Positions 20,025 to 29,053 of a DNA stretch of 64,000 nt are shown piece by piece. Within the stretch, counting starts at the first letter, position 1; each line of letters starts with the position of its first letter. The notes below the pieces were generated by a model, which saw only the letters and a list, made by a program, of their open reading frames with translations, was not told where the DNA came from and did no database searches. Location: assembly GCA_965227295.1 (NCBI GenBank), contig OZ245742.1:5874551-5938550 (forward strand), written 5' to 3'. Made by a program: the position numbers and the translations under genes. Source of the DNA: Leptonemataceae bacterium (GTDB lineage: Bacteria; Spirochaetota; Leptospiria; Leptospirales; Leptonemataceae).

Positions 20025-21872
20025 TTGATTTTTTCAACTTACACGTTCCTGGTCTTTTTCGCCTGCGTCTTCGTCGCGCAGTGGATTCTGCTGCCGACCC
20101 TGGTGCCGGAGCGGTTCCGGCTGCGGGCGCTGCACGTCCTGCTGCTCGTCGCATCGTACATCTTTTACATGTTCAGCGTGTGGGAGTACGGGTTGCTGAT
20201 CGCCGTCTCCACCCTCGTCGACTACGTCGCCGGTCTCATCCTCGCGCATTATGATCGCGCGTTGCCGGAGGCCCCGCCGCTCCCGCCGCGGGTGGCGACG
20301 AACTTCGGCGTCGACGGCGTGGAACCCGCGGCCCGGGAAGCCGACACCCCCAACGATGCCGAAGTCGAAGCCCACGTCGCCCGGCACGGCGCGGCGCGGG
20401 AGGCCGCCGGCGAGATGGAGCTCAAAAACACGGCGTTGATCCGGCGCACGGCACTGCTGCTGAGCCTCGCGATGAACCTGGGGATTCTCGCGTACTTTAA
20501 GTACTCGGACTTCTTCATCGTCTCCGTGATCCAGTCCATCAACGCGATTGCGCCGGGCACGGTGGGCCCGGAGGATACGGACGCGCTGTTGTTTCGGTTC
20601 ATTCTACCGGTGGGCATTTCGTTTTTTACGTTTCAGTCCATGAGCTACACCATCGACGTGTACCGCGGCGTAATGTTCGTCGAACGCAACTTTGTGCGCT
20701 TCGCGCTCTTCGTTTCGTTTTTTCCGCAGTTAGTGGCCGGGCCCATCGTCACGGCCAAAGAGTTTATTCCGCAATTGTACCGGCTGCCGCGCTTCGACTT
20801 CGAGCGCATGCGCACCGCGGGGCGCTGGTTCGCCCTGGGGTATTTTAAGAAGGTGGTGCTCGCCGACAACATGGCGCCGATAGTGGATCAGATCTATGCG
20901 CGGCCGGAGTTGTATGACGCCGCCGGTCACTGGCTCGGCGCCTGGGCGTTCTGGGTGCAGGTCTACTGTGATTTTTCCGGTTATTCGGACATGGCCTGGG
21001 GCACGGCCATCTTTTTGGGGTACGCGCTGCCGGAGAACTTTCGTTTGCCGTACTTGAGCAAGTCCGTCACCGAACACTGGCAGCGCTGGCACATTTCGCT
21101 GATTCGCTGGAACCGCGATTATCTGTATTTTCCGCTCGGCGGCAACCGCGCGGGGTTCTGGCGGCACAAGTTCAACGTCTGGTTTACGATGTTCGCCGCC
21201 GGCGTGTGGCACGGCGCCAACTGGACGTTCGCGCTCTGGGGCGCGATCCACGGATTGATATTAGCGGTAGAGTCTGCTGTGCGTGAGTTAAGGAAGAAGT
21301 CGAAGGATGCCTCGGAAGCGGCGATGCGGGCGGCTCAGCAGGCGCGAGCGGGAGCTGTACAGGGCGCGGGCGGCGAACGGGGCGCGCGCGAAAAATTGAG
21401 TGCGAGTTCTGCATCCACGAGTGCCCAGGGTGCGGGTGAAAACGGACGGGGCGCGGGCAAAAAATTGTTGACATCTGAGAAAAAACGTGCTCGCCCCCTG
21501 CCGCGGTGGCGCTCGGAGCGCTGGTATCTGGACGTGCTGAAGTTCACTGCGACTTCTTTCGTTACGGTGTTCTTCGGCACTATGTTTCGCTCGGCAAATA
21601 TTAACGATGCGTTCTTGATTATGGAACGCATGTTGTTTCTGAACGTTCCGGTGCAGGCATTGTCGGTGGCGGCTCTGGAAGACAGCGTGATGTGGGGCGT
21701 GTTGTTCGTCTATGCCGGGCATGTGTTGGGCTGGTATGTGTTCGAGCGCAAATGGTTGCGGGACTTCCGGTTGCACGCCTGGGTGGAGTGCGTGTTGTGG
21801 GTCGTGTTCGTGTTTGTGTGCTGGCAGTTCGGCTACTCGGGCGTGGCCCCGTTTATCTACTTTGTGTTCTAG
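20025..21872 (+). CDS. MBOAT family O-acyltransferase (AlgI/DltB-like)
   Basis: LPVGISFFTFQSMSY, FFPQLVAGPI, YCDFSGYSDMA, GVWHGANWTF, PFIYFVF; TTG start; its stop codon lies inside the element's target duplication. Confidence 0.92.
   Translation: MIFSTYTFLVFFACVFVAQWILLPTLVPERFRLRALHVLLLVASYIFYMFSVWEYGLLIAVSTLVDYVAGLILAHYDRALPEAPPLPPRVATNFGVDGVEPAAREADTPNDAEVEAHVARHGAAREAAGEMELKNTALIRRTALLLSLAMNLGILAYFKYSDFFIVSVIQSINAIAPGTVGPEDTDALLFRFILPVGISFFTFQSMSYTIDVYRGVMFVERNFVRFALFVSFFPQLVAGPIVTAKEFIPQLYRLPRFDFERMRTAGRWFALGYFKKVVLADNMAPIVDQIYARPELYDAAGHWLGAWAFWVQVYCDFSGYSDMAWGTAIFLGYALPENFRLPYLSKSVTEHWQRWHISLIRWNRDYLYFPLGGNRAGFWRHKFNVWFTMFAAGVWHGANWTFALWGAIHGLILAVESAVRELRKKSKDASEAAMRAAQQARAGAVQGAGGERGAREKLSASSASTSAQGAGENGRGAGKKLLTSEKKRARPLPRWRSERWYLDVLKFTATSFVTVFFGTMFRSANINDAFLIMERMLFLNVPVQALSVAALEDSVMWGVLFVYAGHVLGWYVFERKWLRDFRLHAWVECVLWVVFVFVCWQFGYSGVAPFIYFVF
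21865..21872 (+). repeat. 8-bp target-site duplication TGTTCTAG (left copy)
   Basis: The same 8-mer lies at 50992-50999, directly after the right end of the element. Confidence 0.92.
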
Positions 21873-23118
21873 ATCTCCGGTCTACAATCCACACAGGCCC
21901 GCGAGCGCGCGCGCCGAGGTTCGGTAGCCTCGGCGCGCGCGTTCGCGGGGCGGACCGTGTCAGACTCGCAGCGGGGCGGCGAAATCGCGCGCGTTCTCGG
22001 GAGCCCCGCCCGTGAGACTCACAGCCGCGGCCCTCTTTCGCCCCCCTGCCGGACGCCCGCTGCGAAAACAAGATTCAATCGGCGATTTCCTCAGCTGAAT
22101 CTGCTCTATTATACTGCGCTAGCGCAGGATGTTCTGGGCCGGGCGTATCCGAAGTTCTGTCCGCATTGTGATGTTGAAATGCACACGCCTGTGGCCGGGC
22201 GCGAGACCGCGGTGCGTTGCGAAACCTGTCACTACATGGGCTCGCGCACGGCGGGCACCCCGCTGGATCACTTAAAGTTACCTCTCTGGACGTTTAGCTA
22301 TGTGCTTGGCGAGGCCGTGCAGACGTTCCCGCAGATGATCTCCGCGGCGCAGATTCAACGGCGGCTCGGATGTTCGAAACAGGCTTCGCTGAATCTCAAG
22401 CGGCGCCTGCAATTGTTCCTCACGGACCTCGTGCCGGCCGTCCGCGAACTGGTGAAGCGCGATCTTGAAGAGGCGTTTTCTGACCTGAAATTGCCGGAAA
22501 ATCAAGACGTTTCGAAGTTTGTCGCGAATAAGCCCGTGGTGCACAGCGACACCCTCGCCTTGTTCTCGGCAACGCAGCGCAGTAACGGCGGTCGCGCAAG
22601 ATGGAAACATACCGGACAGACCGCAAGCATCTATCTTTCGGACAAAGTCGCGGAGCAACGTGGCAAAGTCCAGATCGGAACGCTCGCGCATACCGTTGCG
22701 ATTATGAACGGGCCGGTGCTACTTACGTCCGTTCGCGATCAAACACAGAAGAGTCTTGAACCTTCTTTCAACTTCTTGCCGCGCCTGACGCCGATCATGA
22801 CGGACGAAGGCACGCCGTGGCTGTCGCGTTACTTTCCGAATCATCGCGCCGTAAATCACAGCGCCCGCGCGAAGGACAAACAGCGCAGCAAGTGGGCGCG
22901 GGATCGCTGGAGCCGCAACGGCGTCCACAATCAGGTCGCCGAAGGCAACCAGCGAATCGTTAAGATGAGTTTCCTCGCAGCTTACGGATACTTCGATCCG
23001 AAGTACTCGCAGTTGTATCTCAATGAATACTCCGCGCTCAAGGCCCTGAAGCTCCACGGCCTCGATAGTCTGCTTTCTCTATCAAATCCGACCGGTGTGG
23101 GGAATGTAGACCACAGAT
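21873..23118 (+). mobile_element. 1,246-bp IS1595-like module, copy 1
   Basis: Left end ATCTCCGGTCTACAATCCACAC; right end GTGTGGGGAATGTAGACCACAGAT (imperfect IR). Both ends are fixed to the base by where the copies diverge. Confidence 0.9.
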
Positions 23119-23741
23119 ATAGCGCCCTGCCCTCCGGGCTTCCCGTCGGCACGGGCCTCAGCATATTTCATCGCAAAGTGCAGGAGAATCTGTATATCCC
23201 ACCGCAATTGCACGATCGCAAGGGCCTCGACTATAGCGACTCGCGGCGGCAGATTCGCGGAAATCTCAAGCTGATGTTGGACGAACCGGACCTGTTTGCC
23301 GCCAAACAGGCCCATGTAGATTACCTGAATTCGTTTCAAGGCCTGCCGCCGTTTCGAAAGCAGAACGAAAAGAAATACGCCGCGCAAGCGTCGGCGCTCT
23401 GGAACGCGCTATCGCGACACGACGCGAAGCTATCCGCCGACGTCGCGCGCTCCGTGCGCGTCAATCATCGCATGGTATTAAGGATGATTCGACTGTGGAC
23501 GAAGCTCGGCCTCGTCGAGGCGCGTGAGATTCGCGGCGAGAAGGATCGCCGTAAACAGTTCTGGGTGTCGCGGCGCGTGTCGCTTCTGCCAGCGCTGCTG
23601 TATACCTGGGATCTCGACGGATTCCGCAATCAAACCGAGGCAGGCGTGCCCGTGGACCGCACGAAGAAAACCCGGCGCGGTAAGCACGGGATAACCGGCA
23701 AAGAACGTTCTAAATTTATTCAGGAGATGTATGATGGGTAA
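21957..23741 (+). CDS. IS1595-family DDE transposase with C-terminal winged-helix extension (start uncertain)
   Basis: CPHC..CETC Zn ribbon, HTH (ISAAQIQRRLG), VHSD, IMTDEG..H.AVNHS, HNQVAEG, KY..LYLNEY; the frame reads through the right IR for about 207 more residues. Confidence 0.88.
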   Translation: MSDSQRGGEIARVLGSPARETHSRGPLSPPCRTPAAKTRFNRRFPQLNLLYYTALAQDVLGRAYPKFCPHCDVEMHTPVAGRETAVRCETCHYMGSRTAGTPLDHLKLPLWTFSYVLGEAVQTFPQMISAAQIQRRLGCSKQASLNLKRRLQLFLTDLVPAVRELVKRDLEEAFSDLKLPENQDVSKFVANKPVVHSDTLALFSATQRSNGGRARWKHTGQTASIYLSDKVAEQRGKVQIGTLAHTVAIMNGPVLLTSVRDQTQKSLEPSFNFLPRLTPIMTDEGTPWLSRYFPNHRAVNHSARAKDKQRSKWARDRWSRNGVHNQVAEGNQRIVKMSFLAAYGYFDPKYSQLYLNEYSALKALKLHGLDSLLSLSNPTGVGNVDHRYSALPSGLPVGTGLSIFHRKVQENLYIPPQLHDRKGLDYSDSRRQIRGNLKLMLDEPDLFAAKQAHVDYLNSFQGLPPFRKQNEKKYAAQASALWNALSRHDAKLSADVARSVRVNHRMVLRMIRLWTKLGLVEAREIRGEKDRRKQFWVSRRVSLLPALLYTWDLDGFRNQTEAGVPVDRTKKTRRGKHGITGKERSKFIQEMYDG

Positions 23742-24060
23742 AGTATCGAAGAAGAAAGCCAGTAAAAAAGCGAAGGAGGAACCGCTGAAGTTCTTCGCAT
23801 CGCACTTTTGGGACCTCATGAAGTCTCAGGACTACAAGTGCGCACTCACCGGGCGTGAGTTGACACCGGACAACACCGAAGTCGAGCTGCGCGTGCCGTT
23901 CAAGAGCGTGGGCCGGACGGAGTTCTCGAATCACTACATCGTCGTGCGACAGTTGGCATACACGGCACGGCATGTGAGCGAAGACGAGATCGTCGAGCTG
24001 GCGGCCGACATCATCCGGCATCGCGGCAAGGAGTTCGGCTATGCGCTCCGCAAAGCGTGA
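23731..24060 (+). CDS. Degenerate HNH-like small protein, overlapping the transposase stop
   Basis: QDYKCALTGREL...ELRVPFKSVG....SN resembles the HNH scaffold without the catalytic His. Confidence 0.6.
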   Translation: MMGKVSKKKASKKAKEEPLKFFASHFWDLMKSQDYKCALTGRELTPDNTEVELRVPFKSVGRTEFSNHYIVVRQLAYTARHVSEDEIVELAADIIRHRGKEFGYALRKA

Positions 24061-24697
24061 AGACCTGTTCCCGGCGTGGGGCGTCGAGGCGGCGCTCTCG
24101 CGCTTAAGAGGCCGGCAGAAGAAGTTTGCTGCGTCGCCGATGGAACGCAAGCACGTCGCGCGTGACAAACGCTCGTGGAGCTATGCCTGCGTCTCGGCCG
24201 TGAACAAGATGCGCTATCGGCACCGCGCCGTCTTTCAGGAATCGCGCGAGCCGGATGCGTGGTCGTGGGTGATTGCCGTGCAGAAAAAGAAGCTCGTGCG
24301 GAAGGTTGACCCGGTCGCGGCGTGGCGGGATGCAGAGTATCGGATTCTGGAACGATACTACGGCCGGCTGCGCGAACCTCAATCCAAGCAGGATCGCGAT
24401 CGCTGGCGGTATGTGATTATTCGGCAGCGGTCGTACTTGCGGCGACTACAGGGGCGAGCAAAATCCGGTCCGCCTTCAAACGACTGGGCCAGAGTTCTTA
24501 AAAAAATGGCCCGGATCTCTGCGACACCATCGGAACATAGCAGTGGCCGTGGTTCCTGGAACTGGCGAACGACTGTGGCAGCCCAACGAGAGAAGCTACG
24601 GAACGCCCGCAGGCAGACGGGATGGATGAAGCTTGAAAGCCGACTCCAGTTCAATCCCGCAGCTCGACCATATCATATTTCTGAACCTGTCCACTAA
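24041..24697 (+). CDS. Basic Trp/Arg-rich hypothetical protein with internal pseudo-repeats
   Basis: 218-aa ORF overlapping the previous gene; recurring Trp-initiated basic helices. Confidence 0.55.
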   Translation: MRSAKREDLFPAWGVEAALSRLRGRQKKFAASPMERKHVARDKRSWSYACVSAVNKMRYRHRAVFQESREPDAWSWVIAVQKKKLVRKVDPVAAWRDAEYRILERYYGRLREPQSKQDRDRWRYVIIRQRSYLRRLQGRAKSGPPSNDWARVLKKMARISATPSEHSSGRGSWNWRTTVAAQREKLRNARRQTGWMKLESRLQFNPAARPYHISEPVH

Positions 24698-25022
24698 GGA
24701 TTTGAGCCTTTGCGTAGTGTTCATCGATCACGGACGTGATGCGAATACTGCCAACCTCTTCGCGCTGATAGTAAACATCATCAGTTCCCGTATCTATAGC
24801 TTTTGTCCGAAAGACTTCAAGCTTCTGCCCGGGCTCCGCACCGTCTCGATCACCGATACAAATCACGACTACTTCTTCTTTCACATCGACAACGTTGCCT
24901 CGCATGCCGTACTTGTGATAGAACTTCGAAAAGCTTGCACACGCGAGCGCACTCGAAATCAAAAACAGACATGTCATCAATCGAATCGTTAATTTTATAT
25001 GTTTCATAGAGGATAGATTCAA
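24651..25022 (-). CDS. Small lipoprotein with a beta-barrel resembling the FlgT C-terminus
   Basis: Lipobox LAC; I.IG.RDG...G..L.V...VG.I.I..V....A.A pattern. Confidence 0.6.
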   Translation of the reverse strand: MNLSSMKHIKLTIRLMTCLFLISSALACASFSKFYHKYGMRGNVVDVKEEVVVICIGDRDGAEPGQKLEVFRTKAIDTGTDDVYYQREEVGSIRITSVIDEHYAKAQILSGQVQKYDMVELRD

Positions 25023-25218
25023 CGTAGAATCGGATTAAGTCCATCAAATTCGCGACGGCACTCCAAAAAATTCATAGCCTTCGGAGAACCGCACCTCGCG
25101 ACAATGATCGTTTCATAATGCACGAGAAAGACTACGAGTGCCTGTCGATACACTTCACGAACCATGAATGATACAGTGAGCCGTGACCTGACCAAAACTA
25201 CTTCAATCGTCAGTTTTC

Positions 25219-27276
25219 TTAATCATCGGTCTCGTCGCGCGAAAGATCCACGCTGCGCTTAAGCAACTGCGCGTTCACCGCGACGATCACGGTGCTGAGA
25301 CTCATAAACACCGCGCCCACCGCCGGACTCAGCATGATCCCCAGCGGCGCGAGCACACCTGCCGCGAGGGGAATGGCAACGACGTTGTAGGCCGTCGCCC
25401 AGATTAGATTCTGAATCATCTTGCGATGCGTCGCACGACCGAAGAGCACCAGGTTGCTGATGTCTTTGGGATTGCTGTGCACGAGCACGATGTCCGCCGT
25501 CTCCGCGGCGACGTCGGTGCCGGAGCCGACGGCAATGCCCACGTCCGCCTGGGCCAGGGCCGGCGCGTCGTTGACGCCGTCACCGGTCATGGCGACGAAC
25601 TCGCCGTCGCCTTGCAGTTCTTTAACGATGTCCTGTTTCTCGTGAGGCAGCACGCCCGCATAAAACCCGTTCAGGCCCAGCTCGTCGTGGACGCTCTTCG
25701 CGACGGTCTCATTGTCGCCGGTGGCCATCATCGTTTTGATGCCGGTGTCGTGCAAAATGCGAATCGCCTCGGGAGACTCGGGGCGTATGGAGTCCGCCAG
25801 GCCGACAAAACCCTTGAGTTCTCCGTCCACGACCAGAAAGACCACCGTCTCCGCGCCGGACGCGGCGGCCGAATCGGGAATCGTTATGCCGTTTTCCTTT
25901 AAGAAGCCCGGGCTGACCACCTTCACCTCGCGGGAATCCACGGACGCCTGCACACCCTTGCCGGTGATCGATTGAAAGCCTGACGCCTCCGGGACCGACA
26001 GCTCGCGCTTTTCACAGGCTTGAACGATGGCCTGCGCAATAGGATGCTCCGAATTTTTTTCGAGGGCCCCCGCAAAGCGCAGCACGTCATCCTCCGAAAA
26101 CGAGTCCGACACGCTCACGACCCGCTGCACGCCGAATTCGCCGGTGGTCAGGGTGCCGGTCTTGTCGAAGACGATCGTAGAAATTTTGCGCGCGCTTTCG
26201 AAGGCGGTCCGATTGCGAATCAGCAGGCCGTTTTGTGCGGAGATGGCCGTCGAAATCGCGGCCACCAGGGGAATCGCCAGACCGAGGGCGTGCGGACAGG
26301 AAATCACCATCACGGTCACCATGCGTTCCAGAGCGAAGACGAACTCGTAGCCGAGATAGAGCCAGACCGCTAAGGTCAGCGCGCCGGCGGTTAAGGCGAC
26401 GAAGGTCAGCCAGCGCGCGGCCCGGTCGGCCAGGCGCTGGGTGCGGGACTTCGTTTGCTGGGCCTCTTCGACCAGGCGAATCACTTTAGAAAGATACGAG
26501 TCCTCGCCGGTCTTGTTGACGCGAATGCGCAGCGAGCCCTCACCGTTGACGGAGCCGCCGATCACTTCGTCGCCCGCGGACTTGCGCACCGGCTCCGACT
26601 CGCCGGTGAGCATGGATTCATTGAGATAGCTGTTACCGTCTTCGATGGTGCCGTCGGTGGGAACCTTTTCCCCGGGCTTGATCAGCAACAGATCGCCGGA
26701 CTGTACGTCCTCCAGCGCCACGTCGTTCACGTCGCCGTCCTCGTCGATGCGATGCGCTTCGTTGGGCATCATCTCCACGAGCAGTTCCAGGGCGCGGGAC
26801 GCACCGAGCACCGAGCGCATCTCGATCCAGTGGCCGAGCAGCATGATGTCGATCAGCGTCGCCAGCTCCCAGAAGAACATCTTGCCGGACAGGCCGAAGA
26901 CCACCGCCGAACTGTAAGCGTAGGCCACGAAGATGGCCAGGCCGATTAGAGTCATCATGCCCGGGTTGGCCCGGCGCACCTCATCGAACGTGCCGCGCAG
27001 AAACGGCCAACCGCCGTAGAAAAAGATCATCGACGACAGCCCGAACAGAACGTAGCGGCTCCCTGGAAACTCCAGGGAGAAACCGAGAAACGACTGGATC
27101 ATCGGCGAAAGAACGAGGACCGGCACGGTCAGGACGGCCGATACCGCCAGGCGCTTCTTGAAGTCCCGGATCATTTGCCGGTGATGATCGCCGTGATTGT
27201 GACCGCCGTGGCCGTCGTGATTACCGTGGTCGTGATTGTGTTCGGCGTGTTTTTCGTGGTCTTCGTGATGTTTCAT
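25219..27276 (-). CDS. copB: Copper-translocating P1B-3 ATPase (CopB type)
   Basis: His-rich N-terminus, TGES, CPHALG, DKTGT, SEHP, GDGVNDAP, YN, MSLST. Confidence 0.93.
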   Translation of the reverse strand: MKHHEDHEKHAEHNHDHGNHDGHGGHNHGDHHRQMIRDFKKRLAVSAVLTVPVLVLSPMIQSFLGFSLEFPGSRYVLFGLSSMIFFYGGWPFLRGTFDEVRRANPGMMTLIGLAIFVAYAYSSAVVFGLSGKMFFWELATLIDIMLLGHWIEMRSVLGASRALELLVEMMPNEAHRIDEDGDVNDVALEDVQSGDLLLIKPGEKVPTDGTIEDGNSYLNESMLTGESEPVRKSAGDEVIGGSVNGEGSLRIRVNKTGEDSYLSKVIRLVEEAQQTKSRTQRLADRAARWLTFVALTAGALTLAVWLYLGYEFVFALERMVTVMVISCPHALGLAIPLVAAISTAISAQNGLLIRNRTAFESARKISTIVFDKTGTLTTGEFGVQRVVSVSDSFSEDDVLRFAGALEKNSEHPIAQAIVQACEKRELSVPEASGFQSITGKGVQASVDSREVKVVSPGFLKENGITIPDSAAASGAETVVFLVVDGELKGFVGLADSIRPESPEAIRILHDTGIKTMMATGDNETVAKSVHDELGLNGFYAGVLPHEKQDIVKELQGDGEFVAMTGDGVNDAPALAQADVGIAVGSGTDVAAETADIVLVHSNPKDISNLVLFGRATHRKMIQNLIWATAYNVVAIPLAAGVLAPLGIMLSPAVGAVFMSLSTVIVAVNAQLLKRSVDLSRDETDD

Positions 27277-27306
27277 AGATTCCTCCGATGTACCCGGGTG
27301 CCTTAT

Positions 27307-27597
27307 TCAGGGACGCCGGGCCGTCGCCTCGCGCAGCGAAAAGTTGTAAATCCCGGCGATGCACGCACCACAGAGATACGCCAGCACGAAGCTCTGGAAA
27401 AAACCCAGGCCGGCCTCCCACCAGGGCACGTCCATGCGAATCACGCCGCTGACGTCCAGGCCGTGCAACAGGCTGTTGAAAAAGAGAATCGTCCCTTCGC
27501 GTCCCACGCTCATCATCAGAATGATGCAGCCGGCGTACAGCAGCGCCGCCGTGACGCCCCAGGCGATACCGAACTTAAGTACGTTTATGCGAATCAT
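27307..27597 (-). CDS. Small two-TM membrane protein (DUF5676-like)
   Basis: FFNSLLHGLD between two TM helices; copper-operon context. Confidence 0.65.
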   Translation of the reverse strand: MIRINVLKFGIAWGVTAALLYAGCIILMMSVGREGTILFFNSLLHGLDVSGVIRMDVPWWEAGLGFFQSFVLAYLCGACIAGIYNFSLREATARRP

Positions 27598-27799
27598 GCG
27601 AACCTCCCCGGTGAGAATGACCTTCGTGGCCGTCTCCGCCGTGCATGCCGCTCATAAGAAAAAAATGCGCGGCGAAACAAATCATCAAAAAGAAGAACAG
27701 TGACCACGAGTCGCCGGGCAAAAAGGCCGGTGCGAAAAATATCAACAGCAGCGGCAGCACGCAGATCAAAAGCATCCATATCATGTGAAATCTCATCAT
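27575..27799 (-). CDS. Small His/Met/Cys membrane protein (DUF2933-like)
   Basis: HMIWMLLICVLPLL...C..H..M.GMH plus His tail; GGAGG RBS before 27799. Confidence 0.65.
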   Translation of the reverse strand: MMRFHMIWMLLICVLPLLLIFFAPAFLPGDSWSLFFFLMICFAAHFFLMSGMHGGDGHEGHSHRGGSHDSHKRT

Positions 27800-27857
27800 C
27801 AAACCTCCGAAACCAGAACAGCTCCCCGCCGCTTTTTCCGGGACGGGGAGCTTCGTT

Positions 27858-28400
27858 TTACATTTGAAACTCGGCTTCGTGAACGTGCTTCTTTCCACCG
27901 TAGGTGAACTCGGCCTTCACTTTGTAAGTTCCGGAACCCTGCATGGAAAAACCGATGCCGTGGTGGTGCATGCCGCCGCCGGCCATCACGTGGCCCTCAC
28001 CGTCGGCCAGGACCTTGCCGTCCGGCCCGGTGACCGTGATCTTGAGGCCCTTGGCGTCCTTGATGACCTTCTTCGTATCGAGTTTCATCAGCGTCAGGCT
28101 GAGGTGATGCTGACCGGTGTCGTGCATACCGTGCATGTCCACGTTCATCATCTTCGCCATATCCGCGTGGCCTTCGGCGGTCATGAGGTCGAAGGCGACC
28201 TGAACGCCGTCGTGTTTGACGACCTTCGTCATGTTTTTTCCCGAGTGCATGCCGGGATTATGGCCGTCCATCATATCGCCGGAGTGATGGTCACTCATCG
28301 CACCGCCGTCATGGTGATCCCCCGGCTCGCCGCCGCAGGCAACGCCCAATAAGGCGCCCAAGACGAGGACCGGAATCAATTTCAATAAACTCATAAACAT
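27858..28400 (-). CDS. Met/His-rich periplasmic lipoprotein, probably Cu/Ag-binding
   Basis: AAGGAG RBS, lipobox VAC, many M/H clusters, Ig-like C-terminus. Confidence 0.75.
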   Translation of the reverse strand: MFMSLLKLIPVLVLGALLGVACGGEPGDHHDGGAMSDHHSGDMMDGHNPGMHSGKNMTKVVKHDGVQVAFDLMTAEGHADMAKMMNVDMHGMHDTGQHHLSLTLMKLDTKKVIKDAKGLKITVTGPDGKVLADGEGHVMAGGGMHHHGIGFSMQGSGTYKVKAEFTYGGKKHVHEAEFQM

Positions 28401-28435
28401 CTCCTTATATTAAGTTAAATAAAGACTGGCGCCCT

Positions 28436-29053
28436 TCAATGGTCTCCGGTTTCCAGAAATTCTCCCCGCGGGCCGACGCCGTGCAGGTGCGTGAGTTCGG
28501 CCCCGAAGTGCCCCGCCGCGGAGACCAGGACCGCGGCAGCCAGCATCGTAGCGGCGGCCACGAATTCCAGCCAGCGGCGACGCAGCCCAAGGCCGGCGAG
28601 TTGCAAAGCAAGCGCCGCGGCGGCCGTGTAGATCGTGGCGTAGGCGAAAAAATCGTGGTTGGCGAGGACCGCCCGGGCTTCCGGAGTAAGACCGGTCGTG
28701 TGCGGGTGCACGAAGTAGGCCGCAACCACGCCGCCGATCAGTCCGACGGCGCCCACGGCGATACCCGTCCGGATCAGCGTGTCGTTTCGGAAGATTAAAC
28801 CGACCGGATACAGAATCGCCGCGAGCAACAACAGGACGATCGGGAAGTGAACGACCAAAGGATGCAGCGTCGGAAAGGCCGCGAGAGGCGGCGCGACCGC
28901 TTCCAGAAGTCCGGCCTCGGGAGTGGATTCCGCGGCACTCTCCCCGGATGCGTGGTCCCCGGGCCCGTGGGCATGCAATGGCAGCGCCGCCAGATAGATG
29001 GCCAACCCCAGGGCTAATATTTTCTGAATGATATTTAAGACCCTTGCTTTCAT
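28436..29053 (-). CDS. DUF2231-like membrane protein
   Basis: LHPLVVHFPI and GH.GAEL...HGVG. Confidence 0.75.
   Translation of the reverse strand: MKARVLNIIQKILALGLAIYLAALPLHAHGPGDHASGESAAESTPEAGLLEAVAPPLAAFPTLHPLVVHFPIVLLLLAAILYPVGLIFRNDTLIRTGIAVGAVGLIGGVVAAYFVHPHTTGLTPEARAVLANHDFFAYATIYTAAAALALQLAGLGLRRRWLEFVAAATMLAAAVLVSAAGHFGAELTHLHGVGPRGEFLETGDH

Noticed and set aside
23731..24697. TnpB/IscB-type RNA-guided nuclease next to the transposase
   Set aside because: No RuvC motifs, the proteins are too small, and the HNH-like ORF lacks catalytic residues. An RNA component remains untested.
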